Both the position numbers and the translations under genes were made by a program. From positions 1 through 50,273 of IMG/VR virus record IMGVR_UViG_3300037722_000529: a stretch of DNA of 50,273 nucleotides; one strand, given 5' to 3'. Below, one piece after another: positions 1-9,931 of this stretch. Within the stretch, counting starts at the first letter, position 1. Each line of letters begins with the position of its first letter. This DNA is from a virus. Taxonomy: Duplodnaviria; Caudoviricetes. Below the pieces are notes generated by a model. That model did no database searches. It saw only the letters and a list, made by a program, of their open reading frames with translations, and was not told the origin of the DNA.

Positions 1-127
1 GTGTGGGACGAAGCACTGATGAACGATTATCGCGGCTGGCCGCGGAGTGTGTCCTATGATCGCTCGCGACTGATCTTCTGCGATTTTCCGCAGTTGCCGC
101 GGGCGCTCGCGGAGTCGGCGATCGGGG
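1..127. repeat. Terminal direct repeat, copy 1 (circular assembly overlap)
   Basis: Bases 1-127 are identical to 50147-50273, and the reading frame is continuous across the join. Confidence 0.97.
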
Positions 128-1227
128 CGCCGCGCGATATGCTGATCGGAGCCGAGCCCGCCGCCGCGTTCCTGGAACTCATTCCGGCGGCGGGAAGGGT
201 GTTGCACGTCATCGGCGGCGCCGATCAGTACGTGCTCACCGACCTCGGCGTGATGTACATCCCGATCTCGGAGGCGAATCCACTGGCGCCCGGCAGCGTC
301 GCTTTTCGCGCCATCGCCGCCATTGGCGCCGGCCACGTGCGCCCCGTGTCGATGCACGAGGGCGTGGTTTACGCGGTCGCCAACCGCAAGAGCCTGATCG
401 CCATCGTACCGACCGGACAGACGGCCTTTCCTTATCGCACGGCGGCGATCTCAGAGTTTCACGCCGACCTGTTCACCGGCATCCGCGCGTTGGCGGCGAT
501 GACCGGGGGCGGTGCCGAATCCGAGCAATATCTATGGGTCGCGCAGGACGACGGCACGGCGCTGGTCGGTAAGTTTGACTCGTCGAACGAATGGGTGGGC
601 TTCGTGCCGGTGACCGGCGACGGCCTGGTCAAGTGGATTTCGAGCCTCGGCGGCGACGTGCGCTTCAATGTCCAGTATCAGGACGACGACAGCGAATTGG
701 ATTGGGCGATGGAGCAGCTCGACGAGGATCAGTTCGTCGATTGTGCCGTGCCGCTCAACAAGACGCTGGCGACGCTGCGCCCCGACCCGGAGGATTTGAC
801 CAAGGGCCGGCTGTGGTTCCTCGCCGGTCTCGTGGTCGATCTGATGGACGGCGACGAACATCTCGGTGCCCGAACCGTCGACGAGAACGGCGACATCGTC
901 ACGGTGGAGGGCGACGATTTCTCAGGCGACGACGTGATCGCCGGCTTCGGTTGGACGGTGACGGTCGAGCCGTGGCTGCCGAGCCCGCCGGAGGGCGAGG
1001 AGCGCGGCCAGCGGATGCGCCGGCGCCGTGTCAAGCGGGCCGCGGCGACCATCGTCGATTCGACGACTCTGGTGTTCATGGGTCGGACGTTCGGCGGAGC
1101 AGCCGCCGCCTCCGACACCTACCGCGCTCCGGGCGAGGGCCGATCGTTCACGCCGGCGATCACGTTGAGCAAGACGGTCCCCGGCCCATTGACCATCCTC
1201 GAACTCGCCGGCGAGATCACCAACTAG
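1..1227 (+). CDS. C-terminal 408 aa of tail tubular protein B / nozzle (gene starts at 48140 and crosses the join; ~1077 aa total)
   Basis: In frame with the ORF from 48140. GWPRSVSYDRSRLIF resembles the conserved GyP..v.f.q.RL motif of T7 gp12/P22 gp10-like proteins; ends PGPLTILELAGEI, typical of the family. Confidence 0.85.
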   Translation: MWDEALMNDYRGWPRSVSYDRSRLIFCDFPQLPRALAESAIGAPRDMLIGAEPAAAFLELIPAAGRVLHVIGGADQYVLTDLGVMYIPISEANPLAPGSVAFRAIAAIGAGHVRPVSMHEGVVYAVANRKSLIAIVPTGQTAFPYRTAAISEFHADLFTGIRALAAMTGGGAESEQYLWVAQDDGTALVGKFDSSNEWVGFVPVTGDGLVKWISSLGGDVRFNVQYQDDDSELDWAMEQLDEDQFVDCAVPLNKTLATLRPDPEDLTKGRLWFLAGLVVDLMDGDEHLGARTVDENGDIVTVEGDDFSGDDVIAGFGWTVTVEPWLPSPPEGEERGQRMRRRRVKRAAATIVDSTTLVFMGRTFGGAAAASDTYRAPGEGRSFTPAITLSKTVPGPLTILELAGEITN

Positions 1228-1239
1228 GGAGAGAGGCCA

Positions 1240-1380
1240 ATGCCGAAGGGCTACACGCGGATGCGCGACAAGTTCAAACGAGGCGGAATGAGCGACAAGG
1301 GGGCGAAGCGGAAAGCCGCCCGGATTTACAACAAGAACCGGGGCAGCAAGGCCCCAGTCACGCGCGCCAAGCACCGATAG
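1240..1380 (+). CDS. Small basic protein, 46 aa (MPKGYTRMRDKFKRGG...), below the ORF-track cutoff
   Basis: GGAGAGAGG RBS, ATG at 1240, TAG at 1378-1380; fills the gap after tail tubular B. Confidence 0.7.
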   Translation: MPKGYTRMRDKFKRGGMSDKGAKRKAARIYNKNRGSKAPVTRAKHR

Positions 1381-1383
1381 CCC

Positions 1384-1418
1384 CGGTGCGTTGCGCCGCC
1401 CGACGGACGGGCGACACT
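1384..1418 (+). promoter_or_regulatory. Late promoter motif, near-leaderless start at ATG 1427
   Basis: CGGTGCGTTGCGC-N16-GACACT, then 8 nt to ATG with no SD. Confidence 0.7.
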
Positions 1419-1426
1419 CCCCGGCC

Positions 1427-1873
1427 ATGGGCGACCCCGTTTCCATCGCGCTTCTCGCCGGCACGGCGCTTTCGACCGCCTCCGGGGTGGCCGGGGCCGT
1501 GGGCGACGCCCGCGCGCAAGGCTTCAAGGCCGAACAGGCTGCCACCGCGGCACGGTTCGGAAAGATCGCCGCGGCCGAGACCGACACCGCGCTCCGCGAG
1601 GAACTGGCGTCGGTCGTGTCCAATATCCGGGCGATCCGCGCCTCCTCCGGCATTTCACCCGACAGCCCGACGACGCAGGCGATCATCGCGCGAGAGAGCG
1701 AGGTGTCCGACCGCGAGCGCCGAATCCGAGTCGCCAACATCCTCGGCCAGGTGGAGGAGGACGAGAAAAGCTCGGCCTTCCTGAAGAAATCGGCGCGCGA
1801 CACGTTCCTCTACGGCAGCCTCGGATCGTTCGGGCGCGGCTTCTCGTCGTTGTCGAGGCTCTCAGGTGGTTGA
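1427..1873 (+). CDS. Small internal virion (ejection) protein, T7 gp14/P22 gp7-like position
   Basis: Hydrophobic Gly/Ala N-terminus (MGDPVSIALLAGTALS) and the motif RAIRASSGISPDSPT; follows tail tubular B. Confidence 0.7.
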   Translation: MGDPVSIALLAGTALSTASGVAGAVGDARAQGFKAEQAATAARFGKIAAAETDTALREELASVVSNIRAIRASSGISPDSPTTQAIIARESEVSDRERRIRVANILGQVEEDEKSSAFLKKSARDTFLYGSLGSFGRGFSSLSRLSGG

Positions 1874-4622
1874 GCTTCCGCAAGTCCCACGCCGTTTGGT
1901 GACCAGCCAGGCGCCGACCTCGCGGGTCAGCCCGGCGGACGTGGCGGCGCCGGCGCGCGCCCTCGCCGACGCCCTCGGCGCCAGCGGCCAGGCTCTCCTC
2001 GATTACGAGCGGGCAGCCTCGGCCGGCCTCGCTGCCAGGACGCTCGACGAAGCGCGAACCAAGGCGCAAGACCTCGCCATCAAGGCCAACGGCAACGCCG
2101 AGGCATTTCAGAAATCGTGGGAGTTCTATGCGCGGAGCGTTCTCAAGAGCGCGCCCGGCTCGTCAAAGGCGATGCTCGAACAACAGCTCGTTAATCTCGG
2201 CGGCGGCGTCTTCCGCGACCTCATCGGCGAGACCTACAGGCGCGATACGGCGAGCGCCAAGGAAGCGATCGGCACCGAACTCGCCCGGATCGAAAACGAT
2301 CTCCTGTCGATGGCCGGCCGCGGCGAGACCGGGACGGCGGACTACACCGCAACCCGCGAGCGCTATCGCTTCCTCACCGACGAACTGACCGGCAACCCGG
2401 CGTTCGGAGAATCGGTCGAGACCGCGGTCTACAAGCAGGACCGGCTCGAAAGCGAACTGCTGCGGGAATCCGTCCGCCACAAGGTCGAAACCCTGTTCCG
2501 CGACAATCCCGACGCGGCGCTGCGCTACGCCACCACCACGCTCAACGATCCGGCGATCGAGATGTCGGCGGAGGAGCGGCGCTCCGCCATCGCCGACGCG
2601 ATGAGCTTCCATACCAAGCTCTCGGCCGAGACCAGGATCGCCCGCGATGCCTTCCGGGTCGAGGCTCGAGACATCGAACGAACGCTGATCGACACCGATG
2701 CCTTCGTGGCGCCGGCCGACATCGCGGCGCTGATCGACCAGGGCCGGACGTTGAACGACCCGGCCTACGTGCGCCGGATCGCGGACGCGGTGCGGCTGCG
2801 CGATCTCAGAACCGGCTTCGCCGCCATGCCGGCCGGTCAGGACAAGCTCGGCGTCTATCAGGCGACGACCGAACCACCGGACACGATCGACGCTCCGCCG
2901 GAGTTTCAGCCGATGTTCGCGGCAGCGGCGGAGAAGCACGGCGTCCCCGCCAGCCTGCTCGCCGCCCAGGCGCGGCAAGAGTCTGGCTTCGACCCCACCG
3001 CCGTCAGTCCGGCGGGCGCGGCCGGCATCTCCCAGTTCATGTCCGGCACCGCCGCCCGCTTCGGCATCGACCCGACCGACCCCGCCCAGTCGATCGACGG
3101 CCAGGCCCGCTACATGAAGCTGCTGCTCGACCGCTATGACGGCGACTTCGGTTTGGCGCTCGCCGGCTACAACTGGGGCGAGGGCAACGTCGACAAATGG
3201 CTTGCCCGCGGCGGCGATCCGGCGGAACTGCCGCGCGAGACCCGCGACTACATCGCCGCCATCGCCGGCCAGGCGCCGAGCCGCCAGTACGATCCGGCCG
3301 TCATCACGGCATACAGGAAGGAACTCGGCACCGATCTCACCGGCCTGATCGCCGACGCCAACGACGTGCTCGCTCGCGGCTGGGGGCTCGACATCGACAC
3401 CGCCGACCTCCTCGTCGGCTATGCCCGCGCCGTCAACGACCAGGACAAGACGCGCTCGGTCGAGGAAATCCTGACCGAATCGGCGTTGCACGCCGGCGTC
3501 AACGACATGTCGGCGGCCGAGCGCATGGCGCTCACCAACGAGCTTCTGTCACCGGACGGGCCGATCGGCGACGACGCGGTTCGGGCACGGCTTGTCGAGG
3601 CGGATCGGGCCAACGCCGCCCACCGGCGCCAACTTCTCGGCGATGCGCCGCTCCGCTACGGCGTCGAACGCGGCTGGTTCGACGCCGACCAGCCTCTCGA
3701 TTTCGCCAACCTCGACGCGGTGGCTGAAAATCTCGTCGCCCGCGCCGCGAAGCTGAGGATCGTCGGCGAGCACGAAGGCCCGATCGGCCGCTCGGCGCTC
3801 TACCCGGAGGAGGCAGAAATCCTCACTCGCTGGTGGTCCGGCGCCACGCCCGACGACCGGGTGCAGCTCGCCGCCGCCTTCGCCGGATCGCTCGATGTCG
3901 ACACCCTTGGCGCGACGCTGGCGCCGCTCGCCGACAAGGCGGAGATCGAGCCGCTGGTGACCGCCGCCGGTCTGTTCGCGGCCAACCCGGAGGCGGCGGC
4001 CGGCGTGGTCAATGGCCAGGCGGCGCTCGCTGCAAATCCGAAACTGGCGCCGGCGGTGAATGACCGCTGGCGCGACGACATCGCACCGTCGCTGCCGATC
4101 GGGGCGCTCGCGCCGCCGCTGGGAGACGCCCGCCAACGCCTGTTTGCCGCGGCGCGCAACCGCTACGCCGACCTGTCGCTGAAGGCCGGCGAGGAATCCG
4201 GCACGTTCGATCCTGCCAGATGGGATCGGGCGATGGCGGAGGTGACCGGCGGCATGGTGGAGATGAACCGGAAGCAGACGATCGCGCCGGTCTACGGCAT
4301 GACGCAAGCCGACTTCGACCGGATGTTATGGCGAATGCCCGATGCCGCGTTCGCCGGCGCCCGGACCGCCGACGGCTCTCCGGTGAGCGTCGCCGACTTC
4401 CGCGCCCAAGGACACCTCAGCATGGTCGAGTCAGGCCGATACGCCGTAGAGATCGGCGGCGGCTTCCTGGTCGATGCCGATGGAATGCTGTTCGTGCTCG
4501 ATCTGTCCGGGCTGCCGAACCGTGAGGGCAAAAGCGACCAACCCTCACCGGCGGAGATCGCCGCCGAGCGTGACCGCCGTTTGACCGAGCAACGTCGAGC
4601 GATCGAAAGACTCGACCGATGA
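1866..4622 (+). CDS. Internal virion/ejection protein with SLT lytic transglycosylase domain (~2890-3270)
   Basis: Motifs ARQESGFDPTAVSPAGAAGISQFM and ALAGYNWGEG..ETRDYI inside a helical 918-aa protein. Confidence 0.85.
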   Translation: MVELPQVPRRLVTSQAPTSRVSPADVAAPARALADALGASGQALLDYERAASAGLAARTLDEARTKAQDLAIKANGNAEAFQKSWEFYARSVLKSAPGSSKAMLEQQLVNLGGGVFRDLIGETYRRDTASAKEAIGTELARIENDLLSMAGRGETGTADYTATRERYRFLTDELTGNPAFGESVETAVYKQDRLESELLRESVRHKVETLFRDNPDAALRYATTTLNDPAIEMSAEERRSAIADAMSFHTKLSAETRIARDAFRVEARDIERTLIDTDAFVAPADIAALIDQGRTLNDPAYVRRIADAVRLRDLRTGFAAMPAGQDKLGVYQATTEPPDTIDAPPEFQPMFAAAAEKHGVPASLLAAQARQESGFDPTAVSPAGAAGISQFMSGTAARFGIDPTDPAQSIDGQARYMKLLLDRYDGDFGLALAGYNWGEGNVDKWLARGGDPAELPRETRDYIAAIAGQAPSRQYDPAVITAYRKELGTDLTGLIADANDVLARGWGLDIDTADLLVGYARAVNDQDKTRSVEEILTESALHAGVNDMSAAERMALTNELLSPDGPIGDDAVRARLVEADRANAAHRRQLLGDAPLRYGVERGWFDADQPLDFANLDAVAENLVARAAKLRIVGEHEGPIGRSALYPEEAEILTRWWSGATPDDRVQLAAAFAGSLDVDTLGATLAPLADKAEIEPLVTAAGLFAANPEAAAGVVNGQAALAANPKLAPAVNDRWRDDIAPSLPIGALAPPLGDARQRLFAAARNRYADLSLKAGEESGTFDPARWDRAMAEVTGGMVEMNRKQTIAPVYGMTQADFDRMLWRMPDAAFAGARTADGSPVSVADFRAQGHLSMVESGRYAVEIGGGFLVDADGMLFVLDLSGLPNREGKSDQPSPAEIAAERDRRLTEQRRAIERLDR

Positions 4623-7360
4623 CCTTGATGCTGACCGGGGCCGAGCGCCGGAGCGCGGTTCAGGCGCTCAGCCGTCAGCCATCACCCGGACCCGATCCCG
4701 GAGGCGGCGAGGCGTTTGGTGGGGCGTGGCGCGAGATGCTTCGCTTCCACAACATCACCGCTGAAGTCGATAATCGGTTCGCCGTCATCGACGCGCACAT
4801 CGACCGCTACGAGCAGGCTACCGGCGAGCGGCTGTTCAATCCGGAGGCGGTGGTAGTCGATAATCAGCGCATCGCCGCCGCCGGCGGCGTCTACGAGGCT
4901 CGCGCCCGCGCCTACGAGGAACTGCGGGCGGCATTCGGGGCGGCCGACCTGGAGTTTCCCGACGATGATGGCTTGCAGGAGGAGGCGCTCGCGCGGGCAC
5001 TCGCCGCGCGCGACGAAGCGATGGCGATCCGAATGCGCTCGACCTCTTGGGGATCGTTCTGGGGCAATCTCGCCGGTTCGATGGCCGGCGCGATGGTCGA
5101 TCCGGTGAACATGGCGGCCTTTGCCTTCGGTGCCTCTTGGGGCGCCGGGATTCTCAGGACTGCGATGATTGAGGCCGGCATTGTGGCTGGTTCGCAGGCT
5201 GCGATTGAGGCGGGCACGTTCGGCTACAAGCGCCAGGTCGATCAGGATTGGAGCGTGCGTGACGCCGCGACCAACGTTGCCTTCGCAGGCTTTACTGGCG
5301 CGGCGTTTGGCGGTGGCATCAAGACGGTGGCGGTGGGATGGCGGGCGGCCAGGGCACGCCTGCGCGGCCCAGCGGACTCGCTGACGGGCGAACCGCCTCC
5401 GCCGCGAGTGGAGGAGCCACCAGTGCCCGATGCCGCTGTACGGCCTCCTGGGGGCCGGCCCACCGGCGTGACCAACCGCGACATAGATGCGACGGGCGTA
5501 GTCGTGGCCCGCAGAATGCCGAATGGAAAGGTGATCTACGGGCAACCAGGTCAGACCCATGCCGATTTGCTGACACCGGCAGAACTTCAGGGGCCGACAG
5601 CATTCGACGACCAGATGGGATTCGCCCGTCCTGGCGGACAATTCCTTGATCGGAAAGAGGCGCTTGCGCTTGTGCGTCAAACCCGGCCGGAGATGGCCGG
5701 GTTCGGAAAGGGCCGGAATGAACTAGAGGCATTCGAGGCTATCCAGCAGACTTTTTCCCGCGACATCCTCGACGCCGGGGCGGTGGTCGAGCGCCAGGCC
5801 GAGACCGTCGCCTCCAATCCGTACCACGGCGCCGGGATCGCCGGCGAGACTGCCCACCGCGAGCGGCTGGCAGCGGCGGAAGCCGCCCTCGCCAAAAACC
5901 TTCCGCCCGTCGATCCGGGCGATGCCCTGTCGCGCGGAACCTGGATGCCGGGCCGGGTCGCCACCGCCGACGGCCGACGGGTGCAGGTGCGGCACGAGGT
6001 CGTCGAGGCCGACGATCTGATTGTCTCCCACCGCGACGATCTGAGCGTCAACCCGGCCTATCCCGAAGGGCTTCAGCCGCGCGATCGCACCCGCGCGGCT
6101 TCCGCCGATCAACTGACCGCCATCGCCTCGCGGCTCGACCCGGAGCGTCTCGGCCCGTCGCCGGAGGCGGCCTCTGGCGCGCCGGTGATCGGACCCGACA
6201 ACGTGGTCGAGAGTGGCAACGTCCGCGTTCTCGCCGTGCGCCGCGCCTACGGCGCCGGCAACGGCGAGTCCTACCGCGCCTTTCTCCGCGATCTCGGCTT
6301 TGACGTTGAGGGAATGCGCCAGCCGGTGCTTGTCGCCCGCCGTGTGACCTCGATGAGCGAGGCGGAGCGCGCCGACTTCGCCATCGCCGCCAACCGTGCC
6401 ACCGCCGCCCGCATGTCGGCGGCCGAGACCGCCGTCGCCGACGCCCGGCTGCTCGATGGGCGGATCATGTCGTTGCTCCGCGACCCCGACGTGTCGCTGG
6501 CCTCCAACCGCGATTTCCGCCGCGCCTTCGTCGAGGCCATGCCGGAATCGGAACGCGGCGGCTTTCTCACGCGCTCCGGTGCCATTTCCAAGGAAGGGCT
6601 CGGCCGTATCGAGGCGGCGATGCTCGCCCGCGCCTACGGCGAGCCGACGCTGCTCACGCGGATGCTTGAAGACACCGACAACAACATCAAGGCGATCGGA
6701 GGAGCGCTTGGCGACGCCGCCGGCCGATGGGCCGCCATGCGCGACGCGGTTTCACATGGAACCGTCCCGGCGTCGATGGACATCACCCAGGATTTGCTCG
6801 AAGCGCTGCGTATCGTTGGCCGCGCCCGCGACGAGGGCCAGAAGGTCGCCGACGTTGCCCGCCAGGTCGATATGTTCGCCCATCAGTCGCCGGTCACGCG
6901 CGCGCTGCTCGGCTTCATGTTCCGCGGCGAGAACCTGACGCGGCCGACGAGCCGTGCCGACATGGCGGCGATGCTCACCGGCTACGCCGACGAAGCGATC
7001 AAGAACACCGTCGATCCGCGCTTGTTCGGCGAAGCCCTGACGGCCGACAACGTGCTAGCGACGGTTCTGAAGCGGGCGAAGCGCGAGGACTTGATCCCGG
7101 CGGCACGCGAGGCGACCGCCGACGAGGCTGTGGACAAGGCGCTCGATGCGCCGGAGCGGATCGACGACACCGCCCTCGTCGAAGCGCGCCGGATGCTGGC
7201 GGACGGCGAGGTGGCCGAACTCAGGATGACCGACCCGGACACCGGGGCCGTGGTGACACGGAAGGTTGACGACCTGTTCCGCGAGGCCGACGATGAGGTC
7301 GCCGCCGCGCGCGAACTCGAACTGTGCGTCACCGGCGGCATTGTGGAGAGCGCCGCATGA
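4619..7360 (+). CDS. Internal virion/ejection protein with DdrB-like ParB domain (polyvalent-protein type)
   Basis: VVEADDLIVSH..NPAYPEGLQPRDRTR..LDPERLG..GAPVIGPDNVVESGN matches the ddrB-ParB pattern as I recall it; N-terminal hydrophobic Gly/Ala helices. Confidence 0.75.
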   Translation: MTLMLTGAERRSAVQALSRQPSPGPDPGGGEAFGGAWREMLRFHNITAEVDNRFAVIDAHIDRYEQATGERLFNPEAVVVDNQRIAAAGGVYEARARAYEELRAAFGAADLEFPDDDGLQEEALARALAARDEAMAIRMRSTSWGSFWGNLAGSMAGAMVDPVNMAAFAFGASWGAGILRTAMIEAGIVAGSQAAIEAGTFGYKRQVDQDWSVRDAATNVAFAGFTGAAFGGGIKTVAVGWRAARARLRGPADSLTGEPPPPRVEEPPVPDAAVRPPGGRPTGVTNRDIDATGVVVARRMPNGKVIYGQPGQTHADLLTPAELQGPTAFDDQMGFARPGGQFLDRKEALALVRQTRPEMAGFGKGRNELEAFEAIQQTFSRDILDAGAVVERQAETVASNPYHGAGIAGETAHRERLAAAEAALAKNLPPVDPGDALSRGTWMPGRVATADGRRVQVRHEVVEADDLIVSHRDDLSVNPAYPEGLQPRDRTRAASADQLTAIASRLDPERLGPSPEAASGAPVIGPDNVVESGNVRVLAVRRAYGAGNGESYRAFLRDLGFDVEGMRQPVLVARRVTSMSEAERADFAIAANRATAARMSAAETAVADARLLDGRIMSLLRDPDVSLASNRDFRRAFVEAMPESERGGFLTRSGAISKEGLGRIEAAMLARAYGEPTLLTRMLEDTDNNIKAIGGALGDAAGRWAAMRDAVSHGTVPASMDITQDLLEALRIVGRARDEGQKVADVARQVDMFAHQSPVTRALLGFMFRGENLTRPTSRADMAAMLTGYADEAIKNTVDPRLFGEALTADNVLATVLKRAKREDLIPAAREATADEAVDKALDAPERIDDTALVEARRMLADGEVAELRMTDPDTGAVVTRKVDDLFREADDEVAAARELELCVTGGIVESAA

Positions 7361-9801
7361 CCGTTCGCTATTGCGTCGACAAGCTGGTGAAGGCCGGGCG
7401 GATCAGCCGCAAGACCGGCGACGACGCCATTGGGCTCTACGAGGGGATGCAGGGCCGGCTCGGCGGCGCCATGCCGGTCGGCAGCGCCGAGGCCCACGCC
7501 GCGCTCGAAACCGCCCGGATCATGGCGGAGGCCGCGCAACGGCGAAAGCTGGCCGTGGCCAAGCAACTCATCGCCCAGCAGCGCGCGCTCGCCCGCGTGG
7601 CGGCTCATCCCAAGGGCAAGTCAGCCGGCCTGATGGCCGACATGACGACCGACATCCGCGAGGCGGCCACCGGCGCCAACATCGAAGCCTTGGCCGAGAC
7701 CATCACCAACCGAATGATCGAGAGGTTCCAGAAAGGCGCCGAGGCGCTCCGCACCGGCTGGAAGATGGGCATCGGGCGCGACAAGGCGCTCGAAGTCCGA
7801 ATCAGCGATGAGATGTTCGGCGTCGACACCGGCGACGCGACGGCGCGGGCTGCGGCCAAGGGCTTCGCCGACGCCAACGAGTTCGGCGTCAGGCGCGCCC
7901 ATGCCGCCGGCAAGGTGTTCACCGAAGCCGAGGACTGGCGCGTCACCCAGCGATGGGGGCCGGCTCGCCTGCGCGGCAACGAGGCGGAATGGACTGCCGA
8001 CACGTTCCGCCACGTCGATTCGGGCGCGATGATCGTCATGGACCGGCGCACCGGCGCGCCAGCCGCCCCGACCGACATCCCGGCGATCGTCACCGGCGCC
8101 TACGAGCACATCACCGCTGGCGGCGGTCGCAACGGCGGCTCGGCGTTCAACCCCGAGATGCGTGTCTTCCGCTTCGCCGAGGGCGAGAAAGGCGCCGCCG
8201 CCTGGCGCGAGATGATGGGCAAATACGGCGCGGGCGACAACCTCTACGACATCCTCACCGGCCACCTCCGGGAGATGGCCAGAGAAATCGCCTTCATGGA
8301 CACCTGGGGGCCGGACTATCGCGCCACCTTCAGCCTTCTCCACGAGACTGCCCTGCGCGAATGGAACGCCGGCCACAAGCCGGCGGCGATCCTGCGCCCG
8401 ATCGAATCGCCGATGGCCGCCGAGCGCACGTTCCGGGTGCTGACCGGCGCCGCCTCCGAGGTGCAGTCCGAAGCGATGGCCGGCATATTTGGCGGCCTGC
8501 GCTCGTTCCTCGCCGCCGCCCAACTCGGCTCGGCGATCATCCCGTCGGTGCCGGGCGACTCGATGACGGTGGCCTTCGCCGCCCACTACAACGGCATCCC
8601 GGCCACCCGCGTGCTCGCCCGCGCTCTCCAACTGATCGTCGATTCGCCGGAGAAGCGCCAGGCGCTTGCCCGTCTCAACATCACCGCCTACGCCGTCATC
8701 GACAAGGCGCTGGGCGCGGCGCGCTATCTCGACGACGGATTGGCGGTCGGCCGCGGCAAGGCGGCGAAGTTTCAGGAGATCGGCTCGCAGGCGGCGGCGA
8801 TCGTCATCCGCGCCCAGGGACTTCAGGCATGGACCGAGACACTGAAGCGCGCCTTCTCGATGGAAATGCTGGGGCTGGTCGCCGAACAGTCCGGCCGGCG
8901 CTTCGATGCGCTGGAACCAGCCTTCGGCCGGTTCCTGACCAGGCGCGGCATCACGGCGGCCGAGTGGGAGGTGTTGCGGCGTTCGCCCCAGCTTGACGTT
9001 AACGGCGCCCGCTTCTTCGACATTGACGGGGTGGAGGACGAGCGCCTTGCCGAGAAGCTGATGGCTGGCATAGCCGACGAGCGCCGCTATGCCGTGCTCG
9101 AACCGTCGGCCCGCGTTCAGCAACTGACGACGGCGGGACTGGCACGCGGCTCGTTCTGGGGCGAAATGTCGCGTTCGGTCTCTGCCTACAAATCGTTCCC
9201 GATGATGATGCTGGTCATGCACGGGTCGCGCGCTTGGCTTCAATCGCCGGCCCACCGGGCGGCCTATCTGTCGGCGCTGGCGCTCACGGGCACGCTCGCC
9301 GGCGCCGCCACCATCCAGGCGAAATCGCTGTTGCAGGGCAAGGACACGCGGCCGATGAACGACCCGGCGTTCTGGGGCGCGTCGTTCTTCCAGGGCGGGG
9401 CGCTCGGAATCTTCGGCGATCTGCTTTACCAGGGCTACACCCGCGGCGGCGGGGCGCTCACCGCGACCGCCGTCGGACCGCTCGGCAGCCTCGTCGAACA
9501 GATCGGCCGCCTGACGTTCCCGACGATGCGGCGAGCCTATGAGGGCGAGCCGACGCGGGTCGGCACCGAACTGGCGCGCGCAGTCCGTTGGAACGCGCCG
9601 GGCACGAACCTCTGGTACGCCCGCCTCGCCATCGACCGGCTGATATGGGACCAGCTTCAGACGATGGTCGATCCCGATTATCGCGGCTCGTTCCGTCGTC
9701 TCGAACAGCGGATGGAGCGGGATTACGGGCAGGGCTACTGGTGGGGGCCGGGCCGGACGACGCCACAGCGCGCCCCGAACCTCGGCAACGTCGTGCGCTG
9801 A
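7357..9801 (+). CDS. Large internal virion/ejection protein
   Basis: ATGA-coupled start with GGAG RBS; C-terminal QGGALGIFGDL and PGTNLWYAR motifs typical of podoviral ejection proteins. Confidence 0.75.
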   Translation: MTVRYCVDKLVKAGRISRKTGDDAIGLYEGMQGRLGGAMPVGSAEAHAALETARIMAEAAQRRKLAVAKQLIAQQRALARVAAHPKGKSAGLMADMTTDIREAATGANIEALAETITNRMIERFQKGAEALRTGWKMGIGRDKALEVRISDEMFGVDTGDATARAAAKGFADANEFGVRRAHAAGKVFTEAEDWRVTQRWGPARLRGNEAEWTADTFRHVDSGAMIVMDRRTGAPAAPTDIPAIVTGAYEHITAGGGRNGGSAFNPEMRVFRFAEGEKGAAAWREMMGKYGAGDNLYDILTGHLREMAREIAFMDTWGPDYRATFSLLHETALREWNAGHKPAAILRPIESPMAAERTFRVLTGAASEVQSEAMAGIFGGLRSFLAAAQLGSAIIPSVPGDSMTVAFAAHYNGIPATRVLARALQLIVDSPEKRQALARLNITAYAVIDKALGAARYLDDGLAVGRGKAAKFQEIGSQAAAIVIRAQGLQAWTETLKRAFSMEMLGLVAEQSGRRFDALEPAFGRFLTRRGITAAEWEVLRRSPQLDVNGARFFDIDGVEDERLAEKLMAGIADERRYAVLEPSARVQQLTTAGLARGSFWGEMSRSVSAYKSFPMMMLVMHGSRAWLQSPAHRAAYLSALALTGTLAGAATIQAKSLLQGKDTRPMNDPAFWGASFFQGGALGIFGDLLYQGYTRGGGALTATAVGPLGSLVEQIGRLTFPTMRRAYEGEPTRVGTELARAVRWNAPGTNLWYARLAIDRLIWDQLQTMVDPDYRGSFRRLEQRMERDYGQGYWWGPGRTTPQRAPNLGNVVR

Positions 9802-9803
9802 CC

Positions 9804-9841
9804 CTGTGCGTTGCGCGAGTATCCGCGCCGGCGATCATGCT
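9804..9841 (+). promoter_or_regulatory. Late promoter motif upstream of candidate sRNA
   Basis: CTGTGCGTTGCGC-N16-GATCAT (or N19-CATGCT). Confidence 0.6.
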
Positions 9842-9844
9842 CGC

Positions 9845-9930
9845 GTCGTGAGTGGTGTGCCGGCCGCCGGCTTCCTATCGAAACGCCCCCCGTCTCGCCG
9901 AAAGTTGGCGGTCGGCCCTCCTCCCTCCCG
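9845..9930 (+). ncRNA. Candidate late small RNA: long hairpin with C-rich loop and CCUCCUCCCUCCC 3' segment
   Basis: Stem 9859-9873/9902-9916 (15 bp, three G-U); inner stem 9879-9885/9891-9897 with CCCCC loop; lies between two motif promoters; no convincing ORF. Confidence 0.45.
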
Positions 9931-9931
9931 G

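Noticed and set aside
1-127. 127-bp terminal repeat as a biological DTR
   Set aside because: It falls mid-gene and equals a common assembler k-mer length; it indicates circularity, not physical ends.
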